From Eledone cirrhosa (Eukaryota): a stretch of DNA of 64,000 bases. The notes under the pieces were generated by a model. That model was not told where the DNA came from. It did not search any database and was given only the letters and a program-made list of their open reading frames with translations. Below are positions 62,391 to 64,000 of this stretch, piece by piece. A program made the position numbers and the translations under genes. Each line of letters begins with the position of its first letter. The stretch's first letter is position 1. The stretch spans positions 24,924,001 through 24,988,000 of the forward strand of contig OZ024750.1 in NCBI GenBank assembly GCA_964016885.1. Reading direction: 5' to 3'.

Positions 62391-64000
62391 GGTCTGATTT
62401 GACAAAAAGTTGATCGTCTGTCTGTCATGGTATCAATTATATATGTGGTGTGAGTTATAGTCCCCTCAGTTGGCAAAAATGAGTTGTAACTGTAGTTCAA
62501 ATGGCCAGCCTTGTCACATTCTGTGTCACACTGAATTTCCCTGAGAACTACGTTAACCCTTTAGCATTTACATTACTCTATATTTACTATTGTATTTTCA
62601 CAGTAAACACTATCTCACATAATATCAAATCTACAAGATTTTGATATTTATTTTCAGAACAATATCTTAACATAATTATGAGCAGCCAGTTATGACCAGT
62701 TTGAACAGAAAGAAGTGAGAAAATTCTGGCTGGATGCAGCCAGTTTAAACACTACAGCATTAACTCTTTAGCACTCACATTACTCTATTTATACTATTAT
62801 ATTTTCATGGTAAAGGCTTTATCTCACATAATTATCTCACATAATATCGAATCTATGAGATTTTGAAAGTATTTATTTTGAGAACAATACCTTAATATCA
62901 GTTTGAATGACCAGTTACAGCCAGTTTCAACAGAAAAAGGTAGAGAATTCTGGCCGGTTTTAACATTAAAGGGTTAAGTGTACGCATGTCTGTGGAATGC
63001 TCAGCCATTTATACGTTAATTTCATGAGCAGGCTGTTCCATTGATCGATTCAACTGGAACACTTGTCATAACCGACAGAGTACCTCATCAGTTATAGTAC
63101 AGTATTTATAACTATGTGTATCAATTATAATACCTATGTGGTGACAATTACAGTACAGTATTTATAACTATGTGGTGGTTGATCATTAGACATTTATTTA
63201 AGTTAGCATGTATTTCACAATATGCCAGCTGGTATTATTAAGTTAGACATAGCCAGGGTCAATACTGGTCAAAAGTTATGTGGTGTTAAGTTAGACATAG
63301 CCAGGGTCAATACTGGTCAAAAGTTATCTGTGGTGGTGTTAAGTTAGACATAGCCAGGGTCAATACTGGTCAAAAGTTATCTGTGGTGGTGTTAAGTTAG
63401 ACATGGCCTGGGTCAATACCGGTCAAACGTTATCAAAGTTATGCCATTGGTTCATAGCAAACATTAAATATTTCTCTCAACGAGTAATTAGTTACAAAGA
63501 AATGATCAGTTGAAATGAGAGAGAGAGCCCTGTTAGTATTTCAATTAAGGAATCAGTCCACTTTACTTAGATACTATAATCCTGTTTAAAGAAAAATACA
63601 CTTAACCCTTTAGCATTTAATCCAGCTGTATCCGGCCAGAATTCTCTCACCTCTTTCTGGTCAAACTGGCTGCTCATACTTATGTTAAGGTATTGTTCTC
63701 AAAATAAATAATATCAAAATCTCATAGATTCAATATTATGTGAAATAAAGTATTTACCATGAAAATACAATAGTAAATATAAAGTAATGTAAATGCTAAA
63801 GGGTTAAAGACATGATTTGTGCAGTTTTAAAGCCCCACTTTACTCAATAAAAAAACATATTTGCTCTTAAAAAGATATAATCTAAGGTTTAGAAACATTA
63901 AAGTGTGTTTGTCTTTATTAAGTTTGTCTTTATTACACGTAGGTTTGTCTTTATTAAGTTGATTCATGATCAAAGTCATTCAAACCATGATCACCCTCTT

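Overview
AT-rich, microsatellite-rich eukaryotic genomic DNA. The repeat content (RTE LINEs with (GAT)n tails, tRNA-derived SINEs, MITEs) suggests a mollusc, probably an octopus; that attribution is inference. Nearly the whole window is one minus-strand gene for a multidomain animal-type acetyl-CoA carboxylase (ACC). I traced 42 GT-AG coding exons from 56927 to 1565 with compatible phases. They cover the AMPK-site N-terminus, biotin carboxylase, BT/BCCP (EVMKM biotinylation site), the central domain and the start of carboxyltransferase; the gene continues beyond position 1. Two further exons are proposed: a 15-nt in-frame microexon (24961-24975) and a first coding exon for a hydrophobic 23-aa leader (59847-59917). 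The introns hold a young RTE LINE with an inverted truncated copy, DD34D mariner and DD37D (maT-like) relics, and hAT, pogo-like and TTAA MITEs. They also hold SINEs, a Penelope GIY-YIG remnant and many minisatellites, some amplified from the gene's own splice junctions. A family of (TA)n-embedded fold-back elements carries hammerhead-ribozyme-like cores. Most short ORFs in the supplied track are repeat artefacts.
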